DNA of 64,000 bases from Raja brachyura (Eukaryota). The stretch is from NCBI GenBank assembly GCA_963514005.1, contig OY740781.1, positions 56,978,001 through 57,042,000 on the forward strand, given 5' to 3'. How positions within the stretch are numbered: the stretch's first letter is position 1; each line of letters opens with the position of its first letter. The notes beneath the pieces are model-generated. The model saw only the letters and a program-made list of their open reading frames with translations. It was not told where the DNA came from and did not search any database. Below, one piece after another: positions 37,430-49,480 of this stretch. A program made the position numbers and the translations under genes.

Positions 37430-38429
37430 TTTACTTTGGACTCAAATCATTTCAGTCATTGGAAGTTAGAAAGTTTTCTTCCTAGATCTTGTTATGAACA
37501 GTTCAACCTGATTGCATAACCAATGATTCACTCTTTGCAACACCTTATACTACATTACAGCCTGAAAAATCTTGACTTCTGGGGAAATTGTATGTATTGT
37601 ACGTAAGGACATTTTAGTGCATTTTTAAGGTCATGTTCTCCTGGTTATCTTTGCACTATGAAACAAACTATTGAAACAGACAAAGATAAATGGGAAGAGA
37701 GTGACTGGCAGAATAAAGCAAGATTAGGGTGCAAAAGTCATAAGTTTATTCATTGTTGGAGAGGTAAAATTATGTATTTGGAGTGAGATGTATTGGCATA
37801 ACATGGTGCAATGCATACATTGCAGCAGACCTTTTGAACTTGCTCTAAATTGATTAACTGATAAGGAAACTGGATTGTTTAGAAAAAAATATTGCACTTG
37901 TACAAGTCAAACATGACAAGTCACTACTATAGAACAACTATAAAAGTAGATATTCTACTTTTGATTGGCATGAGAGAGGTTTCATTTTCAGAATTATTTT
38001 GTGCCTGCTACCTCTGCATGCTTGTCTTACAAAGTGGGTAGTGAATATTGTTCATTATCTAGAGCTTGAATTGGTGTGAATTTGTGGTCTCCTTACAAAT
38101 ACATCACATCATTACTTAGACAAAGTTTTTCTCTTTGATACGTTGCAGTACTCACCGTCTGTCATGTTCTATTATGCTGCCCATTTGCCCCAACATTTAC
38201 AAAGTCTGACCAGAGTAGCTTTGACTACTTCACTACTTGTGACATAGATACTTACAACTCCAATTTCTCATTGTCTAAAATTATGTTGTACCGGATGGTG
38301 TTGTGTGGTAGGTACAGGTTTGTTGAGGTATGTCATTTTGTAGATGTTTAATATGAGGCCTATACTCTCATATACTTCAAGAAACGTTACCCTCCTGAAA
38401 ATGACTGTGATTCAGATTATTTAGAACAG

Positions 38430-38790
38430 GCTCCTCAAATCCTTTGAGAGATATTGCAAACTGTGACTGCAACATCTGAGAGCAAGCGAAACCATGCCAG
38501 TATTCTCTCCCAGGCCAACATCCCCAGCATTGAGGCTCCAATTTCACTGTGCCTGCTCTGATGGACAGGCCATGACATTGCTATTTGTAATACCAGACTG
38601 CTGAAATAAGTATTTTACTCTTGAGCTCTATTCAGGCAAAGAATTGCCAGGAGTAAAGGAGAAATAATTCAAGGATGTTCACAAAGCACTTTTAAAAATG
38701 TGTGAATCTGTGGAAATCTCAGTCCCATAACCACTCAAAGAGCTGGAAAATGAGCTTTCAGAATTGCATTGAAAATCTTAACTCTCCACA
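38430..38790 (+). mobile_element. Ancient RTE-clade LINE fragment
   Basis: Degenerate ILSQANIPSIEA..L.W.GH..TRL.K.VFYS..GK...G..FKDV.K, RTE ORF C-terminal motifs. Confidence 0.65.
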
Positions 38791-39267
38791 GTGGGAGCAT
38801 GCAGAAACTCAGTGCAAATGACACATGGTCTGTAGATTCTGGGCTGGTTTCATCAGGTACCACAGAAGCCACAGACCTAGAGTGGAGGCAAATTGCCCAT
38901 GACTCTGAGGTATTGCCCATGAGGGAGGTTACTGGGTCAGCTGTTCAGATGTCTGCACTCTTCAACTCCCTGGGGGAGAAAATTTCAAACAACCATGACC
39001 TGGTGGGAGCTATCATTAACTGAAAACAGTCATCATTTCAGTGGCTTCTGATAGCAAAAGAAAACCAAATAAAAATGGTTACCTGCTCCAAATACATTAA
39101 ACTACCCTGATAATTCTATTTAATTACACATAATTTAGAACAAAGTCTGACACATCATTTGCACAGTGATCAGGACATTTCATGTTCATGTTCATGTTAT
39201 ATGAGCTATACATTAATTCAAACATTCCTCTCGTGAACAAAACTGATTCTGATTCATGAATAATACC

Positions 39268-39470
39268 GAGACACAAGGAACTGCAGATACTGGTTTATAA
39301 CAAATAATCATAAAGTACTGGAGTAATAGCGGGTCTGGCAGCATCTCTGGAGAACACAAATAGGTGACGTTTTGGGTTGAGACCCTCCTGAACAGTCCCC
39401 ACCCAAAATGTCACCAAGTTCTCCAGGGATGCTGCCTGATGCCGTTAGTTACTCCAGCACTTTGTGTCCT
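39268..39470. mobile_element. Hairpin Penelope-derived element within the array
   Basis: Inverted arms aaagtactggagtaa.. / ..ttactccagcacttt. Confidence 0.75.
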
Positions 39471-42336
39471 GAATTATACACTTACATGAATATTTACTAA
39501 TTGAATGAATCTGATGTGGCTATGGAAATTTTACTCTAATTAGAACACTCCATGTGTTCTCATTAGAACACATGGAGTATTCTATGCACGTATGTATGCC
39601 TGATGTACGTAAATTAATAACTAATCAGAACATCCGCAGCATGAATCAGTCTGATTCTGATACGTGCCCCACATATTCATCATATTAATTCTCATATGAA
39701 TTAGTATGATCTTGATCGATGGTTTACGATTGATCAGAATAAACTTTGTAAATCAGTAAATTAAATTTTACACAATAATTAAAACAATCATATAAATTAC
39801 TCCAATTCTTTATAAAGATTTACATACCAATGAGAATATGGGAATCAATCTGATCATATTTCTATTATGCAACAACCAGGATAGCGATCATAATTATTAT
39901 AAATTCTTGTACATAAAATAATTACACATTCTTCCAGATAATCAGTCCTTAGTCAGATCATCATCTCTGTGAATTGATCACATGCTGGTATATAATTTAC
40001 TCATTAATCAAATTATTCTGTACGGGAATCAAGATAATCTTGTGATATCGAGAATCATATCTTGACACATGAATTGCACACCAGTCAGAACAATTTCAGT
40101 TTGATTCCCACACATAAACTGCGAATAATCAGAATATTCCACCAGTGAATCATTCTGACCCCAAGACATGATTAACTCACTTACAGGTTTCTTCCCACAG
40201 TGAGTCCATTCAACCCTGATGCATGAACTGCACACTGATCAGAACCTTTCCTGTGTGAGTTAGACTGTTCATAATACAGGAATTTCACATTAATGAGGAT
40301 ATGCTCGTGCATATGCTTCACATACATAAATTGATATTCCCATGAATAGTCTGATCACGATAGACAGCTCTCTAACTGGAATGTAACCTTGTGTAAAATT
40401 AGTCTGCTTTAATAATATTAGTTTTTGTTAGCTTAAATGACATGCTTATCAGATCATGTCCAATGATGCTTACACATGATTCAGGCACTAACCAGAACAT
40501 TGGCAATGTGAGTGAGAATTGCCCATTGCATAAATCACCTGATTATCTGAACATAACTCTGAAAATTAGCCCATTTTTTAATTCTAGAGATCCATGCTAA
40601 ACGGATTAATCCTTCTGTGAAATTAATCTAATTCGAAATAAAGGAATTATATATTAATCAGCTCCTTCCATGTGAATCCGTCCAGTCCTGATACATGATT
40701 TATTTATCGATCTGTACAATCTCTGTGTGAATCAAATTCATACAATATGTGATTTACAAACTAATCAAATAATTACATCTGTGGATTTTTCTGATTTTTA
40801 TATCAGGATTGTATACTATGCAAGGCATTCGGATAGTTGAATTATTGTTTATAACATGTCCCATGTGGCACAGTCTGATTCTGATTTATGAATCACAAAC
40901 TAAACAAGTCATTCCACTGATGAATGTAACTGACCTTGTTATGAAATGTACATACTAATCAGAACATAACACTGTATGAACGAGCCTGTAATGATACAGG
41001 AATTACACAGTAATCAGAATACTTGCCATACAATTGAAATTGATACAGATACATAAATAACACATTTATCAGACCATGCTTTGTGTGAGTAGTTCTAATC
41101 ATTATATGTGGATTTCACAGTTCAATGATGTGAACTGATGCGTTTTTTGTTGCAGGGACCCTGCATTATTCAGATGATTCACATTGGTCATCTGATCCTG
41201 GAATATGATATATATTTTCCCATGTGAATCAGTCTGCTGTTGATATGTGATTTATACAGTAATCAGATTATTCTGTCTGAGAAACTGCGTGATCCCAATC
41301 ACATCAATCTTCATTCACTGTTTAATATGTAAATCATACATAAATCACAGCATTTTCATGTGAATCAGCCTGATCCAAACTCAGAACTACACACTAACCA
41401 GATCATTTCCATTATAACTTGGACTGCTCTTGATGGATGATCCACATTCTAATCAGTGAACAACCTTGTGAATTAGTCTGTATTGATAACTGATTTAAAC
41501 ACTAAGATGGACAATTACATTTGAACATCCATTTTTGTCCTGATATGGCAATTACACACCATACACAACACTCCCCTCAAAAATGGGATTAATCCGATAT
41601 ATAAAGTGCACATCAATCAGAAATTCCGTGGGTGACCTGGTCTGATTTTGCTGCATGAATTACATACCTACAGTATCAAAACACCTTTCATGTGAATCAG
41701 TTTGTTGCCAACATAAGATCCTAGCACCAGTCTGATCACATCACGTGAACCTATCTATTCCTGATATATGAAGTACACACTAATCAGAATATTCCCGATA
41801 TGAGTGAAAAATTACCGTCATCCATGAGTCACACACATCAGAGCATATATGTGTGTTTAATCTCCGGTTGGTGCAGGAGATCCACAATAATCAGGTCAAT
41901 CCCTGTTTATATCAGACTAGATATATCTGATACACAATTTTCAACTAATCAAATTATTCCATCTATGAACCTGCCTGATTCTGTGGCAGCACTGATAAAA
42001 TTTGAATCTCAGACAAATCACATACGTTGCAACAGTCCCCAAGGTAAATTGGTCTGATCCTGTTACATGAATAAAGATAATCTCACATGGGAATCGGATG
42101 GATACTAACACATGAATTTCTCAGTAACTAGAATGTAACCTTGAGTGATTAGATTGTGAATTATAAAATAATCAGAGCACTCCTGATGTGAATTAGACTG
42201 ATCCTGAACCGGCACTTTTATAGCAACTAAAAGGTAATCTCTAATAAATCAATCTGTTTTCATAAATAAACTCAATGACACAAAATGACTCAATATTGGA
42301 GCATTCCCCCTATCAATTAATCAGATATTGATACAC

Positions 42337-43040
42337 GATCTAGGAGTACAGGTGCATGGTTCCTTGAAGGTCGAATTGCAGGTAGATAAGGTCGTCTAAA
42401 AGGCTTTTGGCACTTTGGCCTTCATAAGTCAGAGTATTGAGTATAGAAGTTGGGAGGTCATGTTGCAGTTGTATAAGATGTTGGTGAGACTGCATTTAGA
42501 ATATTGTGTTCAGTTCTGGCCACCATGTTAGAGGAAATATATTGTCAAGCTTGAAAGGGCTCAGAAAAGATTTACGAGGATGTTGCCAGGACTAGAGGAT
42601 GCGAGCTATAGGGAGAGGTTGCGTCGGTTGGGTCTCTATTCCATGGAGCGCAGGAGGATGAGGGGAGATCTTATAGAGGTGTACAAAATCATGAGAGGAA
42701 TAGATCGGGTAGATGTACAGAGTCTTTTTCTCAGAGTAGGGGAATTGAGGATCAGAAGGTATAGGTTCAAGATGAAGGGGAAAAGATTTAATAAGAATCC
42801 GAGGGGTAACGTTTTCACACAAAGGGTGATAGGTGTATGGAACGAGCTGCCCAGAGGAGGCAGTTGAGGCTGGGACTATCCCATCGTTTAAGAAACAGTT
42901 AGACAGGTACATGGATAGGACAGGTTTGGAGGGATATGGACCAAGCGCAGGCAAGAGGAACTAGTGAGCTGGGACATTGTTGGCCGGTGTGGGCAAGTTG
43001 TGCCGAAGTGCCTGTTTCCACACTGTATCACTCTATGACT
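42337..43040 (+). mobile_element. CR1 3' fragment within the array
   Basis: MLPGLEDASYRERLRRLGLYSMERRRMRGDLIEVYKIM; tail ctctatgactttatga. Confidence 0.9.
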
Positions 43041-43312
43041 TTATGAACAATGCATTAATCAGAACACAACGTCTTGAGAATCTGTCTGTTTTCATTTATA
43101 AATTACAGACTAACTGTAACGTTTCTTATGTGATTAAATCTGATAAATTATATACAAATCAGAACTAAAGCCCGCATCAATTAAAATAGAAAATGTTACA
43201 AATAGACAACAAGGCAAAACATCATCTCTGGACAGGTAGACCAGGTTAACATTTCAAGTCAATGACCTTTAAGTGAAGGGGATGTAACACTCTGAACCTA
43301 ATACATGAAGTG

Positions 43313-43424
43313 GAGTAGATTTCAGAGAGATTGTCTGACGAAAGGTCTTGACCTGAAACGTCGCCTATTCCTTCGCTCCACAGATGCTGCCTCACCCGCC
43401 GAATTTCTCCAGCATTTTTGTCCC
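43313..43424 (+). mobile_element. Penelope-end element with the best-preserved hammerhead-like core
   Basis: CTGACGA-A-aggtc-tt-gacct-GAAA-CGTC at 43335-43362; TSD cctRatacatgaagtg 43297-43312 / 43425-43440. Confidence 0.8.
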
Positions 43425-46085
43425 CCTGATACATGAAGTGCTCCCTAGTCAGAACAATGCCCAGCCCAATCTGTTATATACAGACATGAATTACACATTC
43501 ATCAAAATCCTCCCTGAATTATTCCATTTCTGATGTATAATTTAAACGCTAATCAGGACACCCTCTATGAAAATCATTACGTTCTTGATCAATGACCTCC
43601 ACAGTTATCAGCATATTCCCAACGGTAATCAGTATGATCCCAATACATCCATAACACATTGATTCAAATAAAATGAGTGAATCAAAACAGAAAACAATAA
43701 AATGTGTCAGTAGTCCAGGCATCATCTGTCAAAAGAAAATAGAGTTAAATGTCTTCGGTCTGTCCATCAGCAGAAGGGTGTCAATCAGTTTGGCCCTGAT
43801 AGATAAAACACTCATCTGCAAACAGATGTGAATCAATTCAATCCTGATTTACAAATTACGCATTAATGATTTAATTGCCCATTTGAATTAGTCCGATCAT
43901 GCTTCGTAAATAATACATTAATCAAAACATTCTTGGAAATTAATCGGCTTGAATTTTGAATCAATAATTTTGCGCTATTTAGAAAATAGGAAATGTGAAT
44001 AAGTCCGATCCTGATACATAATTTACGCACAAAACAAAACAATGCTTTTCGTGAATCGATCGCTTCTTCATTCATACCATAAAAAACGAAGTTAGTGGGC
44101 TAAATTATGCTCCAGTATTTATTCCAGCTGTTGTCTGGAACTAATGAACTGTTGTCCAGGCACCCTCCACTGTTCAGTGTGTTCTTGACTTCCACATTTA
44201 TGCACCGCATAAGAACGTAGAAATAAACTAGGCATACACCATTCATACCATCTTGGTACAACTGGCTTCCTGCTCCAAGGGCTCAGCTAGATACAACTGG
44301 CTTCCTGGGCTCAGCTAGATACATTTGGTATCTGGTCAAATCAGGACTGGCTGGCATATCTAGAGGGGGGCAGTTCACTGTAGTGGGCTCATAAACCTGA
44401 ATAGCAAAGGTTTATGGAGTAATAGGCAAGTACAGCATGGAAACAGTCCCTTCAGCCATGATCATGCCCATCTACATTAATCCTATTTGGCTCCATTAAT
44501 TCCATATTCCTTATTGTCAATCAGCCTTATAAATGTCATGATTAATAAGGGCATCATAGGTTTAGGGAAGTAGGCAGGAGAATGGGGTTGAAGGGAAAAA
44601 ATGATCAGCTGTGATTGAATGGTGGAGTAGACTCGATGGGCCTAATTTTAGACAATTTTACCATGGGAAACAGAAATGTTAACTACTCTATCATGGTATG
44701 CTTCTTTTGTTTTTAATTCACTTTATATTAATATTACTAATTTACAAGAGTTAAATATGTTTTATGTACATGTTGTTTTAATTTTTTTGAAACAATCAAA
44801 ATTTTTTAGTTGCTTCTATCTATCTTTAAATGTTTCTGACATTTTGATCACTTGTCACAACACTCAGATCACCCTACCTTAAGTGCAATTCACCCTGCAG
44901 AATGACAAATACTGAATGTGCTTGTGGAGATTGACTGGGTGGAGAGGAAGCTGTTTTGTGGAGTGTGGGTGGTGACCAAACATGAAGCATGACCTCCTTT
45001 AAGCTCGCTGCAGCCAATATTTCAGGCTGTTGACATGAAATGTAGAAGGTTTGAATCAGGCTGACTCCTGATACTTGAAAAATAAACACCAAAGAAGACT
45101 TTCTCTATGTGAATCAGACTGATCCTGAAACCTATGCTATGCTTGAATTAAAACATAACTGGTGTGAATATTTACTATCCTGATAAATGCATTACACACA
45201 AATTAAACCTGACACAAAAATGCCACACTAATCAGAACTTACCTGTTAGAATCAGTCTGATCCTGATACATGAATTACACACTAATCAGAAAAAAACCCG
45301 TGTGAATCAAAACAGATAATGGAATTACTCAGCAGGCCAGGACGCATCTGTGGAGAGAGAAACAGAGTTAACGTCTCAGTTCTTTCCTCCGAAGTATATG
45401 AATCAGTCTGATTCTCACACATGAAACATTAACTAATCAGAACATTCTCCTGGGAACTATTTTCATCCTTACAGGCGAATTACAAACTTGGAGACCATTT
45501 CCTGCAGGAATCAGCCTGAAACCGCTACATGAAACACCATCTGAATCAAAACAGAAATGGTGGAAATAGTCAGCATGTAGGACAGCATCTGTTGAAAGAC
45601 AATGTTATCCTTTCGGGTTCATGAACTCTAGCAGAAGTGTATGTAACAGATTGAACTTGAACCATGAACTACACACTAATTGAAACATGCCCTGTGTGAA
45701 TCAATGTAAACCTCAATCATAAAATGCACATTCGTGGCAACATAACCAAATAAATTGGTATAATGATGGTACATGATTCACACGCTAAACATGTCATTTT
45801 CTGTTGAATCCATCAGACTGTGATAAATGAGCCTCACGAATCGGAACAAAGGCCTGTGAATCAATCTGACCCTGCCACAGGAATTGCACACTAATCAGGT
45901 CATTTTACATGTAAACTATTACAATCTGGATGAAAGAATTACAAAGACATCAGAAGATCTTTCATGTGAGTCATTCTAATCCTTCAACACATGTGACGTA
46001 TTAAACAGTCGTGTGGCGTACTAAACAGTGATGTCAACACCACGTGATTGCTCTGATCCTGATAAACAAACTGCATTATTCAGAA

Positions 46086-46303
46086 AAAGGCACAAGGTGC
46101 TGGAGTAATTCAATGTGTCAGGCAGCACTCCTGGAGAGCATGGATCGGTGACGTTTTGGGTTGGTACCCTTCTTCAGAATGATTGCAGAGGGTGCTTCCA
46201 GAAACGTCACCTGTCCATGCTCTTCCGAGATCTTGCCTGACCTGCTTACTCCAATACTCCAGCACTTTGTGTGTTTTTTGTAAACCGACATTTGCAGTTC
46301 CTA
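46086..46303. mobile_element. Hairpin Penelope-derived element
   Basis: Inverted arms; TSD cattaKtcagaa 46074-46085 / 46304-46315. Confidence 0.8.
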
Positions 46304-46926
46304 CATTAGTCAGAACATCCACTTGTGAAATAGTTTAAGTTTGTAGCATGAATTACACACTACACAGAAGAATTTCCTGTGTGTATCAACCTGATACTGA
46401 GATTTCAATTATACTGTACACTAACCAGAGCATTTTACGTAATCAATTACACGGCAATTTAAACAAATCCAATGTGAATCAAAACAGAAAATGCTGAAAG
46501 TACTCAGCGCTTCAGACTTTGTTTGGAAAGGGAGGGGGGAGGTGGGGGAAGAACTAGTACACATCCGCCTGTGATCTGATCTTTACACTGACTGGTACAT
46601 TCTCCATTCGAATGTGTCACAACCTGACACATGAATTGCTATCCAAACCCTGCTGATGTGAATCAGTCTGATCCCGCAACATGAATAATACCAAGCAGAA
46701 GGAAATGTGATATTCTTCTGTTGAAATCAGTGAAAGGGACTAATTTACCAATATGAAAAGTAAACTAGTAAATCATGCTCCTGATATATAAACTCAACAG
46801 TAGCCAGAACTATTCACCATTCAATCCATTAGATCGCTTGCGTAAGCTATAGGCTGTTTAGACTAGTTCTGTGTGAATCAGTCCAATTTTGATACTTGAT
46901 TGATACACCAATTAAGCAAAGCAAAC

Positions 46927-47052
46927 AGAAGGTAAACAAAAATGCTAGAGAAACTCAGCGGGTGAGGCAGCATCTATGGAGCGAAGCAAATAGGCACGGT
47001 TTCGGGTCGAAACCCTTCTTCGGATTTTCCAGCATCTGCAGTTCCTTCTTAA
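46927..47052. mobile_element. Penelope-end element (deleted hairpin)
   Basis: aaaatgctagagaaactcagcgggtgagg..cccttcttcgga, then ttttccagcatctgcagttccttctt. Confidence 0.7.
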
Positions 47053-47293
47053 TCAATGCAAACATACTACATTTAATATTATGATCTTGATATACTAATC
47101 AGTTATCTGTGTGAAGATTTCTGATCCAGATGAATGAACCTCCTATGCATAATTTATATCTACTCCTGATGCACAATTTTCATAATGATTTTAATCTGCA
47201 TCAAATGAATTTGTCTTGATTCTGACACATAAATCATGTGTTCAGGTGATCTCTTGTGTGAATCTGCCAGATTGTGATGTAAATGATACAATA

Positions 47294-48333
47294 TAGGTAT
47301 GTTACAAAACTTACCTTTAGCGGTGCTGCAGTTCTGTCACTGGCCGTGTGCGCGACTTTGGCGCCTTTAAGGGGAGGGCGGGGTTAAATTTCGGTTTTCC
47401 CCTTGCCATCCGGAGCTTTCTTTTGTCGGAGTGCGATCTATTTCTGGAGATTCGTTCCGACTGCTGTTATGTTCATTTTTTTAAAATAAATAGCCCGACT
47501 ATTTCAGCGCTACAGTAAAATAAAAATTAGTTCCTAATGCCGTGAACGCTGACAACGGGGACGGATTTTACGTAGGGGACAGGTAAGTGAAAGCTGTTTA
47601 TTTTTACATATAAACCTGCTTTTTTAGATTACCTTAATCAACATTTAATGTTGCGAAACTGTGATTTAGTCCTCACATGAACCGGCAGAATTGTTCCTGC
47701 CGATATTGGGTTTAAATTCACCGCAACTGCAACGTTCCAATCCATCGCGTTCAAGAAAATCCCACTCGCAAGCTGTTTAAAATCCCCATTATTTTATGGG
47801 CATTAAACATAATTCATTCTATTTGGCCTATAAATCAATGACAATTAGATTTAAAAATTATGTTATATTGTGAATTATTGTGTGAATGTTAATTGGACAC
47901 TTAGGCTTTAATTTAAAAAAAAAATTCTTAAGAAATGGATAGATGTTTAGATCTAGTAATTGAATTTTGTAATTAGCTACAATTGGGTAACTAACTAATT
48001 ATATGCTTTAATTTCAGGTCATCCAAGCAAGATTGTTTCATATTTGTTTAGAATACTTCAGTCTATAATAACTGACAATTTCATTCAGTTCTCTTAATTT
48101 TTAAGAAAGTTATGTGCTTTTGACTGTCCTCGATCACAACTTTTGTGTTAAGTCAATAGAAAAGCAATAGGAAACAAGTTGTTAATTTCCGAGTATGAAA
48201 ATGGCCATAACTTTTTTAATACTACAGATATGAAAGTGAATTAGGTGTCAAATTAAACTTCTTTTTATGCTTTATCTGATGGCATAAATTGCAGACTTGA
48301 TTTTTTAAATCTCAAAATGTTGTAACATTGCTA
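47294..48333 (+). mobile_element. Non-autonomous DNA transposon, TAG..CTA short TIRs, 7-bp TSD
   Basis: TIRs taggtatgttacaa / ttgtaacattgcta; TSD tacaata 47287-47293 / 48334-48340. Confidence 0.9.
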
Positions 48334-49360
48334 TACAATAGGTAGAACAATTGACCTGAATTGAGTCTGAACCTGATATGTGAAGTGTACATCATTCATG
48401 TAAATCAGTCAAATCCTGAAAGATGAGTTATGCACAAATCATAAACTGCACACAAATCAGATCATTCACCCATGAAAAACTATTCCTGCATCATGATTAC
48501 ACATGTGAATTAGTCTGAAACACATACTTGAATCACACAATATTCACTCTGAAGTCCTGTGTAACTCCCAATTCTGATAATGAAATTGCACAATCATTAG
48601 AACATGCTGACGCCTGATGACGCGATTATCTGGACAAAAGTCCGTTCAAATTTACCTGAACCTGATATGTCAATTACAGACAACTCAAAGTGTAATCCCC
48701 TGTGAATCAGTCTGAGCCTCATATATAAATTACAAGACAATCAGAATATTTCCTGTGTTATTCAGTGAGTTCCGATAAATGAATTACACACAAATTTAAT
48801 GAACAAACTGTGTGAATGAAAATTAGAGCTAAAGTACTCAATCGATGAAGCAACATTGGTCCAGCGGGAAGCTGGGTTATGTTTGATCTGATGCACTAAC
48901 CACACACTCACATCCACAGTAATCCCAGGGATGCATTCACTGAACTAAACATTCCTGACGTCAATGTAATGTGAAGGTGCAAAAGGGGGTATGCTTCCAC
49001 CCACAAAGAGGTTCCCTTTCAAATAACTAGTTAAAAGTAAGTATAGTTCAACGCATTATTTGGAGACCTGGAGAATAGGAGCAGGAGCTCCTTCACATCA
49101 GAATCAGTCAATGTCATACCAGCTCTGACCATTCCTTGAATGGAGACCTTACTGTTTTATCAACAAGGACTTCATCGCAGCATTTCTGTGAGCGCAGAGG
49201 AGGATAAGACGATTTGGAAGACGATTCAGAAACTGGTTTGAAAGGTCTAGAGGCATGGTGAATAGGGACAGTCCAGCTGACCTGCACCAATAGGGAAGGG
49301 CAGATAGACACGCTTCAGGAATGGCCTATGCACAACACATGATCTTATCAACACCAACAC

Positions 49361-49480
49361 CTGAAGAAGGGTCCCGACCTGAAACGTTGCCTATCAATGT
49401 CCTCCAGAGATGCTGCCCGACCAACTGAGCCACTTCAGCATTTGTGTCTTATTTTGCAAACTAACATCTGCAGTTCCTTG
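49361..49480 (+). mobile_element. Penelope-end fragment with hammerhead-like core
   Basis: ctgaaga-a-gggtc-cc-gacct-gaaacgtt at 49361-49388. Confidence 0.7.

Larger units (their letters stand above)
39105..48830. repeat. Degenerate ~54-55-bp tandem repeat array, interrupted by transposons
   Basis: Consensus approx. TGTGAATCAGTCTGATCCTGATACATGAATTACACACTAATCAGAACATTYCCTG; near-consensus unit 45249-45303; measured periods 41226->41281 (55), 45249->45304 (55), 41362->41470 (2x54). Confidence 0.9.

Noticed and set aside
44255-44325. Short tandem duplications (also 7681-7714, 29018-29072)
   Set aside because: Two-copy slippage or insertion-associated duplications with no sign of function.
39105-48830. 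CRISPR-like array or coding repeat (e.g. zinc fingers)
   Set aside because: Units are contiguous without unique spacers, the context is vertebrate with no cas genes, the period is ~55 bp and all frames have stops.
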